A DNA stretch of 64,000 nt from an uncultured Gemmatimonadales bacterium. Its GTDB lineage: Bacteria; Gemmatimonadota; Gemmatimonadetes; Longimicrobiales; Gaopeijiaceae. The stretch is taken from contig CAWGKG010000018.1 of NCBI GenBank assembly GCA_963823035.1, positions 128,001 to 192,000 of the forward strand, read 5' to 3'. Under the pieces are notes generated by a model, which was not told where the DNA came from, did no database searches, and saw only the letters and a list, made by a program, of their open reading frames with translations. The first letter of the stretch is position 1. The number at the start of each line of letters is the position of its first letter. The position numbers and the translations under genes were made by a program. This document shows, one piece after another, positions 1-13,544 of the stretch.

Positions 1-2592
<2,592 letters not shown>

Positions 2593-2757
2593 GGTCGGAC
2601 AGGGCTGAATGGACGTTCGGCGGCACGGCGCGCGGCCCCCGATGGGCGCGGACCCGAACGGGAAAGGTAGTGAATCGCCGGCCGACCGGCCCCCGGTGCT
2701 CGGGCTCCCCGTCGCATACCCGCGACCGGGCCGGACGCTCCTGGATCCGCCCCCTAG

Positions 2758-3396
2758 CTAGCCCTCGGCCCCCAGCCCCTCGTCGCTCCCCCATTCCGTG
2801 GGTCGCGGCGCCTCCCAACGGGCCAGGTCCTTGGCGCGCTTCTCGGCCCGCCGGCGCAGCGCCACGCCCACACGCAGCCACGTGCCCCAGACGATGGCCA
2901 CGGCGCACAGGAGGATGCTCGTCTTCTCCGGATCGAAGAAGTTCACGGGACGGTCGAGGAGCTTCGGATCGACGAACGCCCCGTGGATCACGAAGAGGAC
3001 CGCGCAGGCATAGGAGGCGTAGTGCACGGCCTTCCACCTTCGCCGACCCAGCCGGCGCCGCAGGTACGACGCCCCGACCAGAACGCACAGCAGGTAGAGC
3101 GCCAGGGCGCCGAGCACGTTCAGCGTGGCTTGCTGCGGCGCCGAGGAGGGCCACGCCACGTCGGCCCACGACCACCCGGCCGTGGCGCTCCACGGGAGGA
3201 TGACGGCATGCGCGACGGAGAGCACGAGCGCGATGTAGCCCGACCAGTTGTGCACCGTGAAGTAGTTGATGCGTCGGTGGGGCCAGCGCTTGTACGGGTT
3301 GTACTGCGACGACAGCAGCAGCCCGAGCAGGACGTTCAGGGTCAGGAGCCAGATGGCGAACAGCCCGAGCTGGGCGGAGATGGCCACGACGACCAT
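2758..3396 (-). CDS. ferric reductase-like transmembrane domain protein
   Basis: Several TM segments with spaced His residues (VHNWSGY, AHAVIL, WKAVHYASY, VIHG). Start taken at ATG 3396. Confidence 0.65.
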   Translation of the reverse strand: MVVVAISAQLGLFAIWLLTLNVLLGLLLSSQYNPYKRWPHRRINYFTVHNWSGYIALVLSVAHAVILPWSATAGWSWADVAWPSSAPQQATLNVLGALALYLLCVLVGASYLRRRLGRRRWKAVHYASYACAVLFVIHGAFVDPKLLDRPVNFFDPEKTSILLCAVAIVWGTWLRVGVALRRRAEKRAKDLARWEAPRPTEWGSDEGLGAEG

Positions 3397-3630
3397 GGGG
3401 CGCGTCTCGAGGGAGGGTCTTTCGGCGGTTCGAGGCCGGCAAACTGACGGCGTGCCGCGGAAGCGCGCAACTCGGCGCCGGCCCCCGTGGGCGGTCGGAC
3501 CAGTCCGGGGTTTTCGCGGGAGGGCGCGGGAACCGCGAGCCCCCGGATGCGCTACTTTCCGGAACGTCGTGGCGTCCGGGCGCACCTCGCCGAGGGCGCA
3601 TCCAATCCTCTCGTCGAAAGCCGGTCATCC

Positions 3631-5592
3631 ATGCGCATCCGACGCTTCGCCCTCGTCGGCGTCCTCCTGTCGCTCGCTCCCGTGGCGCGCCTCGCGGCCC
3701 AGGCCTCCGAGCCCGAGAAGCTCCCTCCCACCAACCAGGAGATGTTCGCGCCGTTGGACCTCCCGGACGCCAACGCCGACCGGCTCGGCACCGGCGCGCC
3801 CGGGCCAGGCTACTGGCAGCAGGAGGCCGACTACCGGATCCGGGCGACGCTCGACACCGTGCAGCACCGGATCAGCGGGACGGAGACGATCACCTACGTC
3901 AACAACTCCCCCGACGCCCTCCCCTACCTCTGGCTCCAGCTCGAGCAGAACCTCTTCGCGCCCGGAAGCCGGGGTGCGCTGATCAACTCCGGCGACAGGG
4001 CCCGTTGGCGCGGCTCCTTCCCGGGCGGCGGCGTGGAGTTGGGGAGGGTGAGCGTGACGCAGGGGGGCGAGACGTACGAGCCCGAGCGGACCGTGGACGG
4101 GACGCGCATGCGTCTCGACCTGCGCGAGCCGATGGCCGCCGCGGGCGACCGGGTGGAGGTGACCGTGGCGTGGTCGTTCGTCGTCCCCGAGTACGGCGCG
4201 GACCGGATGGGGCGCCTGCATGCGCGGCAGGGGTGGGTCTACGAGATCGCGCAGTGGTATCCCCGCATGTACGTCTACGACGACGTCGAGGGGTGGAACC
4301 CGATGCCCTACCTCGGCCAGGGCGAGTTCTACCTCGAGTACGGCGATTTCGACGTGGAGATCACGGCGCCGCGGGACCTGGTGGTGGTCGGGAGCGGCGA
4401 GCTCCTCAATCCCGAGGAGGTCCTCACCCCCGAGCAGCTACGGAGGTACCGCGCCGCGCGCACCAGCGACGAGGTCGTGTCGATCATCGGGCGCGACGAG
4501 GCAGGAGCGCCGTCGACCCGGCCCGCCGGCAACGGGGCGCTGACGTGGAAGTTCCGCATCGAGTCCTCCCGCGACTTCTCATGGGCCGCGTCGAAGGCGT
4601 TCATCTGGGACGCGACGGGTTGGGACGGAATCCTCCTCCAGTCCGCGTACCCGCAGGAGGGTATCGGCGACGACCAGAACCCGGGATGGGAGCACGCCAC
4701 CGAGTACCTGCGCCACACGATCTCCTACTACTCCACCCAGTGGTTCCACTACCCGTATCGCTCCGCGGTGAACGTGGCGGGGATCGTCGGTGGCATGGAG
4801 TACCCGGGGATCGTCTTCTGCGGCGTCGGCGCCCGCGGCCAGGGCCTCTTCGGCGTGACCGACCACGAGTTCGGGCACAACTGGTTCCCGATGGTGGTGG
4901 GCAGCGACGAGCGCCGGTACGCGTGGATGGACGAGGGTTTCAACACCTTCATCAACCACTACAGCAACCTCGACTTCTACGGCGCCGAGGCCACGCGGGC
5001 GCAGCGCACGCAGGCCGACTTCATCGCGGCGCGCATGCAGGAGCCGATCGCCGACCAGCCCATCCTCACCTACCCGGACCTGATCCGGGGGGCCGGCCTC
5101 GGCTTCCTGGCATACCGCAAGCCCGGCTTCGGGCTCGTCATGCTGCGCGAGGTGATCCTCGGGGAGGATCGCTTCGTGAAGGCGATGCGCACCTACGTGG
5201 ACGAGTGGGCGTTCAAGCACCCCAAGCCGTCCGACTTCTACCGCACCGTCGAGGAGGTGTCCGGCGAGCAGCTCGCCTGGTTCTGGCGCGGGTGGTTCCA
5301 GACCACCGAGCTCCTCGACCAGGCCGTCACCGGCGTGGACCAGGCGGCGGACGGCGCGGTGATCCATCTGCACAACGACGCCGGCCTCGTGATGCCCGTG
5401 CTGCTCGAGGTGGAGCTGAGCGACGGCCAGGTCCTGGAGCGGAAGCTCCCCGTGGAGGTCTGGGCGCGCAGCGACGCCTTCGACTTCTTCCTGGACGTCC
5501 CCGGCACGGTGGTGCGGGTCACGCTGGACGCCGACCACCAACTGCCCGACGTCGACCGCTCGGACAACGTCTGGAGGCGGATGGCGAGCTGA
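3631..5592 (+). CDS. secreted M1 family metallopeptidase
   Basis: Signal peptide, GGMEYP motif, and HEFGHNWF...WMDEG (HExxH-x18-E). Confidence 0.9.
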   Translation: MRIRRFALVGVLLSLAPVARLAAQASEPEKLPPTNQEMFAPLDLPDANADRLGTGAPGPGYWQQEADYRIRATLDTVQHRISGTETITYVNNSPDALPYLWLQLEQNLFAPGSRGALINSGDRARWRGSFPGGGVELGRVSVTQGGETYEPERTVDGTRMRLDLREPMAAAGDRVEVTVAWSFVVPEYGADRMGRLHARQGWVYEIAQWYPRMYVYDDVEGWNPMPYLGQGEFYLEYGDFDVEITAPRDLVVVGSGELLNPEEVLTPEQLRRYRAARTSDEVVSIIGRDEAGAPSTRPAGNGALTWKFRIESSRDFSWAASKAFIWDATGWDGILLQSAYPQEGIGDDQNPGWEHATEYLRHTISYYSTQWFHYPYRSAVNVAGIVGGMEYPGIVFCGVGARGQGLFGVTDHEFGHNWFPMVVGSDERRYAWMDEGFNTFINHYSNLDFYGAEATRAQRTQADFIAARMQEPIADQPILTYPDLIRGAGLGFLAYRKPGFGLVMLREVILGEDRFVKAMRTYVDEWAFKHPKPSDFYRTVEEVSGEQLAWFWRGWFQTTELLDQAVTGVDQAADGAVIHLHNDAGLVMPVLLEVELSDGQVLERKLPVEVWARSDAFDFFLDVPGTVVRVTLDADHQLPDVDRSDNVWRRMAS

Positions 5593-5623
5593 AGGCGAGC
5601 GCGCGCCGCCGCCGGCGCCTGGC

Positions 5624-8600
5624 TCAGTCCCCGGGGGGAACGGCGCCCGCGGGGACGAGCGCCGGTGCGCGCACCGGTCCGCGGGCACGCGCCTTCCATC
5701 CCTCGAGCACGCCGTACGCCGCCGGCGTGATGGTCAGCACGAAGAGGGTGGACGAGAGCAGCCCGCCGATGAGGACCAGCGCGAGGGCGTCCCAGATGTT
5801 GGAGCCGGCCGGGTCTCCGAACACCACCAGGGGGGTGAGGCCCATCACCGTGGTGGCGGTCGTCATCAGGATGGGGCGTACCCGCTCGAGCGTGCCCTTC
5901 ACGATGGCGTCGTGCAGCGAGAGCAGCGCGTGCCGGGCTCGCACGCCGTTGACGTGGTCCACGAGGAGGATCGCGTTGTTGACCACGATGCCGAACATCA
6001 TGATCACCCCGACGTACGCCTCGCGCGTGAACGACGCCTCGGTGTAGAAGAAGATCAGGTACACGCCGATGAGCGCCATCGGCACGGTGAGGATCACGCA
6101 CAGCGGCTGCAGCAGCGACTCGAAGAGCGCCGCCGTCACCATGTAGACCAGGAGGAGCGCGATCGCGATCGTGACCCAGATCTGCGTGCGGTCCTCGCGG
6201 CTGATCCACCAGTAGCTGTCGCCCTTCTTCACCGTGTAGCCCGGCGGGACCTGCGTGGCCTCGATCACCCGGTCGTGCCAGAGGTCCCCGAGCTTCTGCG
6301 GACCCCGGAACTCGTAAGCGACCGTGCGCTCGTACTGCTGGTTCTCACGATGGATGCGCGCGAGGATGTCGCGCGGCGTCACCGTGACCACGTCGCCCAG
6401 TCGGATGCGCCGACCGCTCGGCGTATCGATGAGCGTCTCCGTGAGCGCCAGGACGTCCATGTCCGAGCTGTCCTCCAACTTCACCTGGTACTGCACGTCC
6501 TCACCGCCCAGCTTCAGCCAGCTGGCGCTCTGCCTGCCTTGCACGGACGCCTGCAGGCGTCCGACGAGCTCCTGCACGCTGAGGTCGTGGCGCGCCAGGC
6601 GGTCCCTGTCGATGGTGACCACGTACTCCGACGCCTTCTCGCGCTGGAAGCGGTTGGAGCCGGAGTTCGTGTCCACGTCCTGGACGCGCGCGAGCCGCGA
6701 CAGGCGCGCGCCGATGTTCTCGGCGATGTCGCGCACCTTCTCGTAGTTGTAGCCCAGGACGGTGATGGCGTAGTTGGGCGGGCTCGATCCGCCCCCGTAG
6801 AAGGAGGGACCGTACCCGTAGACGCGCACCTCGGCGCCGGTGAAGGAGTGGCTGTAGGCGAACATCTGCTCCTTGATCGCCACCGGCACCTGCGTGTTCT
6901 CGAGCGAGTCCGGGAACGTGATCTCCATGTACCCGAACTGCGGCCGGATCTGCGCCGTGTACTGCTCGACCTCTGGGATGTGCGAGAGCTTCTCCTCGAA
7001 GAAGGCCACCAGCTCGTCCGTCCGGTCGAGGTTCGAGCCCCGCGGCAGGGAGATCTGGACGCTGATGTAGGTGCGGGTGTTGAGCCCCCCTCCGAACACG
7101 GTCCACGTGGTGACGTACTTGTCGAAGAGGTGGTAGGAGCCCGTGAAGACGAGCGCTGTCACCAGGAACGACGTCCACGGGTGGCGCACCGTGAAGCCCA
7201 CCACGTCCGCGTAGAAGCGCACATACAGCGGACGGCGGGGCGTACCCGGTGACGGCACACCGCCGACGTCGTCGCCCATCGTCCCCGGCACGCCGCGTCG
7301 GAGCACCCGGGCCGCCAGCGAGGGGATGAAGGTGAACGCGACGAAGAGCGACGCCACCAGGGTGAGGCCCACCACGATCGCCAGCGGGACGTAGAACACC
7401 CGCAGCTCGCCCTGCAGGTAGACGAACGGAACGAAGACGATCAGCGTCGTGGCCGTGGACGCGAGGATCGGGAGCACCACCTCGCGCGCGCCGTCCTCGG
7501 CTGCCACGGCGGGCTCTTCCCCGCCCCGCCAGCGCCGGTAGACGTTCTCCAGGACCACGATCGCGTTGTCCACGATGAGCCCGAAGCCCATCGCCAGGCC
7601 CATGAGCGTGAGGATGTTGAGCGTGAGCCCACCGAAGTAGATCAGGTTGAGCGCGATGAGGACGCTGAACGCGATCGTGGCGAAGATGAGGGCCGCGGAG
7701 CGCAGCGATCCCAGGAACGCGAGCAGGACGACGAAGATCACAAGCGCGCTGAAGAGGGCACGCGTGCGCAGGTCGCTGAGCTGCTCCCGGATCTCCTTGC
7801 TCTCGTCGTTGTCGAGGATGAGCCGGGTGCCGTAGGGGTTGAAGCGCTCGAGCTCCGACAGGCGCACCTTCACCGCGTCGGCCACGCGCACGGTGTTCGC
7901 GCCGATCTCCTTCGTGACGGCGAAGGACACGGCGGGGCGGCCGTCGATCCGGTAGTAGCTCTGCGCCTCCTCGTAGCGGTCGTGCACCGTGGCCACGTCG
8001 CGCACGCGCACGGGCGTGCCGCGCGGCGGCCATGAGCACGGCGTTGCGCACGTCCTCGGCGTTCTCCGGGCGGTTCACGATCGTGATCGTGCGCTGCCTG
8101 TCCCCCTCCCGGACGGCGCCCACCTCCTTCACCATGTCCAGCTCCTGGATCTTCCGGCGCACCGTCGACGGGTCCAGGCCCAGGCCGGCGATCTCGGCCT
8201 CGTCCAGCTCGATCTCCAGGCGGCGCCTGCGCCCCCCGTAGACCTGCACCACCCCCACGCCGTCCACCTGGCCGATCTCCGGGGCGAGCACGTCGTCCAC
8301 GTGCGCCCGCAGGGCCTCCAGCGTATACGGTCCGGTGAAGGTGTAGCGCAGGAAGGGCTGGTTCTGCTCCTGGAACTCCTCGGGAACGTAGGGCTGCACG
8401 GTCACACGCTCGGTGCCGGGCGGCAGCTCCTCCTCGAGGGTGGCGATGCGCTCCGAGAGGTCCAGGCGCGCGAAGTCCATGTCCGTGTCGCGCGTGAACT
8501 CGACGTCGATGTCCGCCGTGCCCATGCCGTTCGACTCGTAGGAGTTCGAGATGATCTTCTCGACCCCCCTCACCTGCTGGATCACCGACTCGAGCGGCGA

Positions 8601-8786
8601 TGTCAGGAAGGCCTCCACCGTCTCCGGCGACGCCCCACGCCACATCCCCGTGACCTTGAGGCGGGGCAGCTGCGTGTCCGGAAGGAGCTCGATCGGGATG
8701 TTCCGCCAGGCGGCCACGCCAAGGAGGGCCACGGCAGCGTAGGCCATGGCCACGGCCACCGGACGGCGGATGCTCATGCGGATCAT
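5624..8786 (-). CDS. RND efflux permease (AcrB family); frameshift near 8020
   Basis: ORF 6501..8786 gives the N-terminus (RRPVAV...LLPD). ORF 5624..8011 gives GLIVDNAIVVLEN, GIVVNNAILLVD and RVRPILMT. Confidence 0.9.
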
Positions 8787-8788
8787 GG

Positions 8789-11700
8789 CTAGTCCCCCGC
8801 CTGCGTCACGGGCGCGCCGATCGACGTCTCGCCCCAGAGCCGCACGCGCGTCCGCTCCACGGTCTGGAAGACGACCGGCACCACGATCAGCGTGAGCGCG
8901 GTCGCCACCGACAGGCCACCGATCACGGCGATCGCGAGCGGCGCCCTCAGGTCCGACCCGCGGCCGATGCCGAGCGCCATCGGCAGCAACCCGAGCACGG
9001 TGGTCGCCGTTGTCATGATGATGGGGCGCAGGCGAACGCGTCCCGCCTCCAGGATCGACTCGCGCAGCGCCGTCCCGCGGGCCCGCGCCTGGACGATGAA
9101 GTCGACTTTCACGATGGCGTCGTTGACGACGATGCCGACCAGGATCACCACGCCGATCAGGCTCATCGTGTTCAGCCCCTCGCGCGTGACCAGGAGCGCG
9201 AGGACGGTGCCCACCAGCGCGAGCGGCACGGCCATGAGGATCGTGAACGGCTGCGCGAACGACTCGAACTGGGCCGCCAGGATCATGTACACGAGGATCA
9301 GGGCGAGACCGAAGGCGAAGGAGAGGTCGCGGAAGGAGCGGCGCATCTCCTCGTTCTCCCCGCCCACGTCCCAGCGCACGTCGCGCGAGCGCGGAATGGA
9401 GGAGAGCGCTCCGTTCACGTCGGCGATGGCCGCGTCCAGCCCGCCCTGCACCACGTCCGCGTACACCGGGATCACGCGCGCCTGGTCCTCACGGTGCACC
9501 TCCGCGGGCCCCACGGCTTCGCGCACGCGCACCAATTCGCGAATCGGCACGTTCTGGACGCGCAGCGCGCGCAGCGTCTCCATGGAATAGCGCTGGTCGC
9601 TCGGGTAGCGGACCACCACATCGATCTTGCGGTCGAAGTCCACGAACTCGGTCGCGTGGTCGCCCCGCATGGCGCGATCCACGGTCTCCGCCACCACACG
9701 CGGGTCGACGCCGTACGCCGCGCAGGCCGTGCGGTCGATCTCGATCTGGATCTGCGGCTGCCCGCGCTCCGTCCCGATGCGCACGTTTCCGACGGATCGC
9801 AAGGCGTCGAGGCGGCGCTCCACCTCGGCCGCGAGGGCGTAGGAGGCGTCGAGGTCCTCGCCCCGCACGCGCACGGCGATGTCGGCTTCGGCCCCGCCGA
9901 GCATCGCGCCCAACGCGGTGGCCTGACCGGTCTCGACGGAGAGCGCACCGGGCGGGAACTCGCCGGCCAGGGCGCGCATCCTGTCCGCCACGTCCTCGGA
10001 CCGGACGTGGGGCGCGGTGCGTACCTGGAAGGTCGCCGTATGCAGCCCGGAGGCCTGCTCCCCCTCGGCATAGGCGCGCACGTCCCGGCCGATGTTGCTG
10101 AAGATCGCCTCGACACCCGGATCGGCCAGCGCTGCCGATTCGATCTTCGTGGCTGCCTCCGCCGTGGCGGTGAGCGCCGTACCCTCCGGCAGCTCGAGCC
10201 GGATCTGGAAAGCGCCCTGGTCCACCTGCGGAAGGAGATCGCGCGGGAGCGTGCCTCCAAGGGCGACGGAGACCACCAGCGCCAGCCCCGCGCCGGCCAG
10301 CACGCGCGTCGGATGGTCCAACGACCACTCGAGGGCCGCGTGATAGCGCACGGTGAACCCGTCGAACAACCGGTCGAAGCCGCGGAGGAACGGCCCCGCC
10401 ATCCTCGCGAGGAGGCGGCCGATGCCGCGCCCCCAGAAGACGACCAGAGCCCTGGCGAGCGACCAACCACCGCGGGCCAGTCGCCCGGGGGCACGCACCG
10501 CCGCGCCGCCGTACCACCGGACGGTGCCCGTGAAGCCCGGCCTACGCGCACGGGCCGGGGGCGGCTCCCAGGGTGGCGCCTCCTCGCCCGTCACCGCGAA
10601 ACGCGCCGCCATGGAGGGCAGCAGGGTGAGCGCCACCACCAGGGACGCCAACAACGAGAAGGCGACGGCGAGCGAGAGGTCCTTGAAGAGCTCGCCGGCC
10701 ACGCCCTCCACGTAGATGATCGGGCCGAACACGCTGACCGTGGTGAGCGTCGACGCGGTGATCGCGCCCTGGACCTCCTCCGCGCCGAGCGAGGCTGCCG
10801 GAAGCGGGGCTGCGCCGAGCTCTTCGCGATGCCGGAAGATGTTCTCCAGCACCACGATCGAGTTGTCGACCAGCATCCCGACGCCCAACGCCAGGCCGCC
10901 CAGGCTCATGATGTTGAGGCTGACCCCGAACGCTTCCATCAGTGCGAACGTCCCCACCACGGAGATCGGGATGGCCAGGGCGATCGCCACCGGGTAGCGC
11001 GGATCCCGCAGGAAGAGGAAGAGCACCAGGAAGGCGAGGATGCCCCCGAACACCAGCGACTGCACCACGTTGGAGATCGAATCGGCGATGAAGCCGGCCT
11101 GGCTGTAGGCGACGTCGACGTGCACCGCCGGGTACTCTTCGGTGAGCTGTCCGATCACGTCGCGCACGGATTCCGCAACCCGCACCGTGTTCGCTCCCGA
11201 CTCCTTGAACACGAGCAGGCCGACGGCCTCCTTCCCCCCGTAGCGTGCGATGGCTTCCCGCTCGGCGAAGCCATCCACGACCCGGCCCACGTCCCTCAGG
11301 CGGACGAGGCGCACGCCGCCTCCCGGCTGGTCCGCCCCCGCGGCGGGCGTCGCGCCACGCTGGCCCGGTTTCTGGCGGGCGACCACGACGTCGGCGATCT
11401 CGTCCACCGTCTGGAACTCGCCCAGCGTGCGCAGGGGGTAGCGGTAGCGGCCCTGCAGGATCGTCCCGCCCGGAGCGCTCACGTTGGCGGCGTTCAGCGC
11501 CACGCCGATCTGCTCGATGGTCAGCCCGTAGGCGTCGAGGAGACGGGGGTCGACCTCCACCTGGATCTCGCGGTCGAGCCCTCCCGTGACGGAGGCCTGC
11601 GCGATACCGTCCAGCTGCTCGAGCCGACGCCGGAAGACGGTCTCCGCCAGCTCCTTCGTCTGCCAGAGGTCCTCTCCACCGACCACGCTCAGCACCATGA

Positions 11701-12112
11701 TCGGCTCGGACTCGGGGTCCACGCGCAGGATCGCCGGGCGGGTTGCGGTCTCCGGGAGGGACTCGCGCACGTTGTCCAGGCGCTCCCGGACGTTGAGCAT
11801 CGCGAAGTCCATGTCGGTGCCCCAAGCGAAGCGCAGCGTGACCAGGCTCACGCCCTCGCGCGACACCGACGTCACCCGCTCCACACCGGGGACGGCGGCC
11901 GCCTCCCCCTCGATCCTCTCCGTGACGAGCCGCTCGACCTCGGCGGGCGCGACGTCCGGATAGGACGTGTAGACCACCAGCTTCGGGTAGCTGACGTCCG
12001 GCAGCAGATCGATGGGGAGGCGAGCGTAGGAGATCAGCCCCAGGAGGATCACCGCCAGAAAGAGCATCCACACGGCGACGGGGCGCCGCGTCGAGATGCC
12101 GGGGATCGACAT
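8789..12112 (-). CDS. RND efflux permease (AcrB family)
   Basis: 1107 aa; GMLVDNSIVVLENI, GIVVNDAIVKVD, RLRPIIMT. Confidence 0.93.
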   Translation of the reverse strand: MSIPGISTRRPVAVWMLFLAVILLGLISYARLPIDLLPDVSYPKLVVYTSYPDVAPAEVERLVTERIEGEAAAVPGVERVTSVSREGVSLVTLRFAWGTDMDFAMLNVRERLDNVRESLPETATRPAILRVDPESEPIMVLSVVGGEDLWQTKELAETVFRRRLEQLDGIAQASVTGGLDREIQVEVDPRLLDAYGLTIEQIGVALNAANVSAPGGTILQGRYRYPLRTLGEFQTVDEIADVVVARQKPGQRGATPAAGADQPGGGVRLVRLRDVGRVVDGFAEREAIARYGGKEAVGLLVFKESGANTVRVAESVRDVIGQLTEEYPAVHVDVAYSQAGFIADSISNVVQSLVFGGILAFLVLFLFLRDPRYPVAIALAIPISVVGTFALMEAFGVSLNIMSLGGLALGVGMLVDNSIVVLENIFRHREELGAAPLPAASLGAEEVQGAITASTLTTVSVFGPIIYVEGVAGELFKDLSLAVAFSLLASLVVALTLLPSMAARFAVTGEEAPPWEPPPARARRPGFTGTVRWYGGAAVRAPGRLARGGWSLARALVVFWGRGIGRLLARMAGPFLRGFDRLFDGFTVRYHAALEWSLDHPTRVLAGAGLALVVSVALGGTLPRDLLPQVDQGAFQIRLELPEGTALTATAEAATKIESAALADPGVEAIFSNIGRDVRAYAEGEQASGLHTATFQVRTAPHVRSEDVADRMRALAGEFPPGALSVETGQATALGAMLGGAEADIAVRVRGEDLDASYALAAEVERRLDALRSVGNVRIGTERGQPQIQIEIDRTACAAYGVDPRVVAETVDRAMRGDHATEFVDFDRKIDVVVRYPSDQRYSMETLRALRVQNVPIRELVRVREAVGPAEVHREDQARVIPVYADVVQGGLDAAIADVNGALSSIPRSRDVRWDVGGENEEMRRSFRDLSFAFGLALILVYMILAAQFESFAQPFTILMAVPLALVGTVLALLVTREGLNTMSLIGVVILVGIVVNDAIVKVDFIVQARARGTALRESILEAGRVRLRPIIMTTATTVLGLLPMALGIGRGSDLRAPLAIAVIGGLSVATALTLIVVPVVFQTVERTRVRLWGETSIGAPVTQAGD

Positions 12113-12116
12113 CGGA

Positions 12117-13544
12117 CTACTCCGCCCCGCCCGTGCCGACGGGCCGGACCTCCGTGCCCACCGCCTCCTCCAGGTCGAGGAGGGCGTTCACGAAGCGGTA
12201 GCGGGCTTCGATCGTCTGGCGACGCGTATCGGCTTCCTGGTCGATCGACTGACGCAGATCCTCGAAGGTGCGCGTCCCGATCCGGTACTCCTCACGGGCG
12301 AGCCGGAGCGCCTCGGCCGCGATGGTCGCCGAGCGCTGCGCGAGCTGCAGGCTCTCCCACTGGTTGGAAAGCTCGAGGAGCGCGCCGCGCACGGTCTCCT
12401 GGATCTCGAGCCGCTTGGCGCGCTCCTGCTCGCGCTGGTTGTCCCGCTCGATCGAGGCCTGCACCTGATCGGCGCGGTTCTGGAAGAAGTTGTTGAACAT
12501 CGGGAACGAGAGCTGGACGTAGAACTGCTGGTCCCAGGGCTCGTCGTAGGAAACGTCGAAGAGCCCGTTCGTCGTGCTGGTCACGTGCGGCTGGCTCTGG
12601 GCAGTGCGCGTCACGTCCAGGTTCAGCGACAGCGTCGGCCACCATGCCGACTTCGCCCGCGCGACCGACACGTCGGCGCGCCGAACCCCCACCTCGGCCC
12701 GTCGTAGCTCGGGGTTCACGTCGAGCGCCGTCCTCACCAGCGCGTCCGCGTCCATCCCCGACGGATCGAAGATCGGGAGCGGCTCCTCGGCGAGCTCGAG
12801 CGCGTCCAGCTCGTCGTCGCCCAGCATCGTCCGCAGGGCGAGCTTCGCCTTCTCGTAGGCCGCGCGCTGCTGCTGCGTGGCGAGCTGCTGCTGCTGGATG
12901 CCCAGCTCGGCGTTCAGGACATCGACGCGGGTCTTCATGGCCAGGGAGAAGAGGCGCTGCGCGAGGTCCAGGTCGACCTTGCGGGCTTCGCCGAGCGCCT
13001 CCTCGGCGCGTAGCAGGTCCCGCTGCTGGAGCGCGCCCATGTACCTGCGGCGCACGCCGACGGACATGGTGAGCCGCGCGGCGTCCGCCGCCACGTCCCG
13101 ATCCTCGTTCATGAGCCTCTGGCTACGACGCTCCTGGAGGAGCGATCCCCCCTGGATCTGCCACCCCAGGGTGACCCCCTGGCGCGTGCTGGAGTAGTAG
13201 ACCCACACCGGGTCCTTGGCGATGGGGTTGCCGTAGTTGTCGGTCGCCCGGCTACGGTTGTTCCCGGAGAACGCCGTGTTGAAAAGTGTGAACTGCGCCT
13301 GCGGGAGGATGCGATCGAACCAGGCGGCGCGCATCTCGACGCCGTTGAGGTCCGTCGAATTCTCCGCCTGTCGGTAGGCCGGATTGCTTTCTCCGGCGAT
13401 CCGGAGTGCCTGATCCAGGGTGAGGGTCGTCGTGTCGGGTGTCTGCGCGGCCGCCGGCCGCGGGCCCAGCGTGAGCCCCAAGGCGGCTACGGTTGCGATC
13501 GTCATGCCGACGCACCACCGCCTGCCCTTCTCCGTCATCTTCAT
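12117..13544 (-). CDS. TolC family outer membrane protein
   Basis: Signal peptide, two helical repeats (PQAQF/PTLSL), ARYRFVNALLDLEEAVG ending, located in the RND operon. Confidence 0.85.
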   Translation of the reverse strand: MKMTEKGRRWCVGMTIATVAALGLTLGPRPAAAQTPDTTTLTLDQALRIAGESNPAYRQAENSTDLNGVEMRAAWFDRILPQAQFTLFNTAFSGNNRSRATDNYGNPIAKDPVWVYYSSTRQGVTLGWQIQGGSLLQERRSQRLMNEDRDVAADAARLTMSVGVRRRYMGALQQRDLLRAEEALGEARKVDLDLAQRLFSLAMKTRVDVLNAELGIQQQQLATQQQRAAYEKAKLALRTMLGDDELDALELAEEPLPIFDPSGMDADALVRTALDVNPELRRAEVGVRRADVSVARAKSAWWPTLSLNLDVTRTAQSQPHVTSTTNGLFDVSYDEPWDQQFYVQLSFPMFNNFFQNRADQVQASIERDNQREQERAKRLEIQETVRGALLELSNQWESLQLAQRSATIAAEALRLAREEYRIGTRTFEDLRQSIDQEADTRRQTIEARYRFVNALLDLEEAVGTEVRPVGTGGAE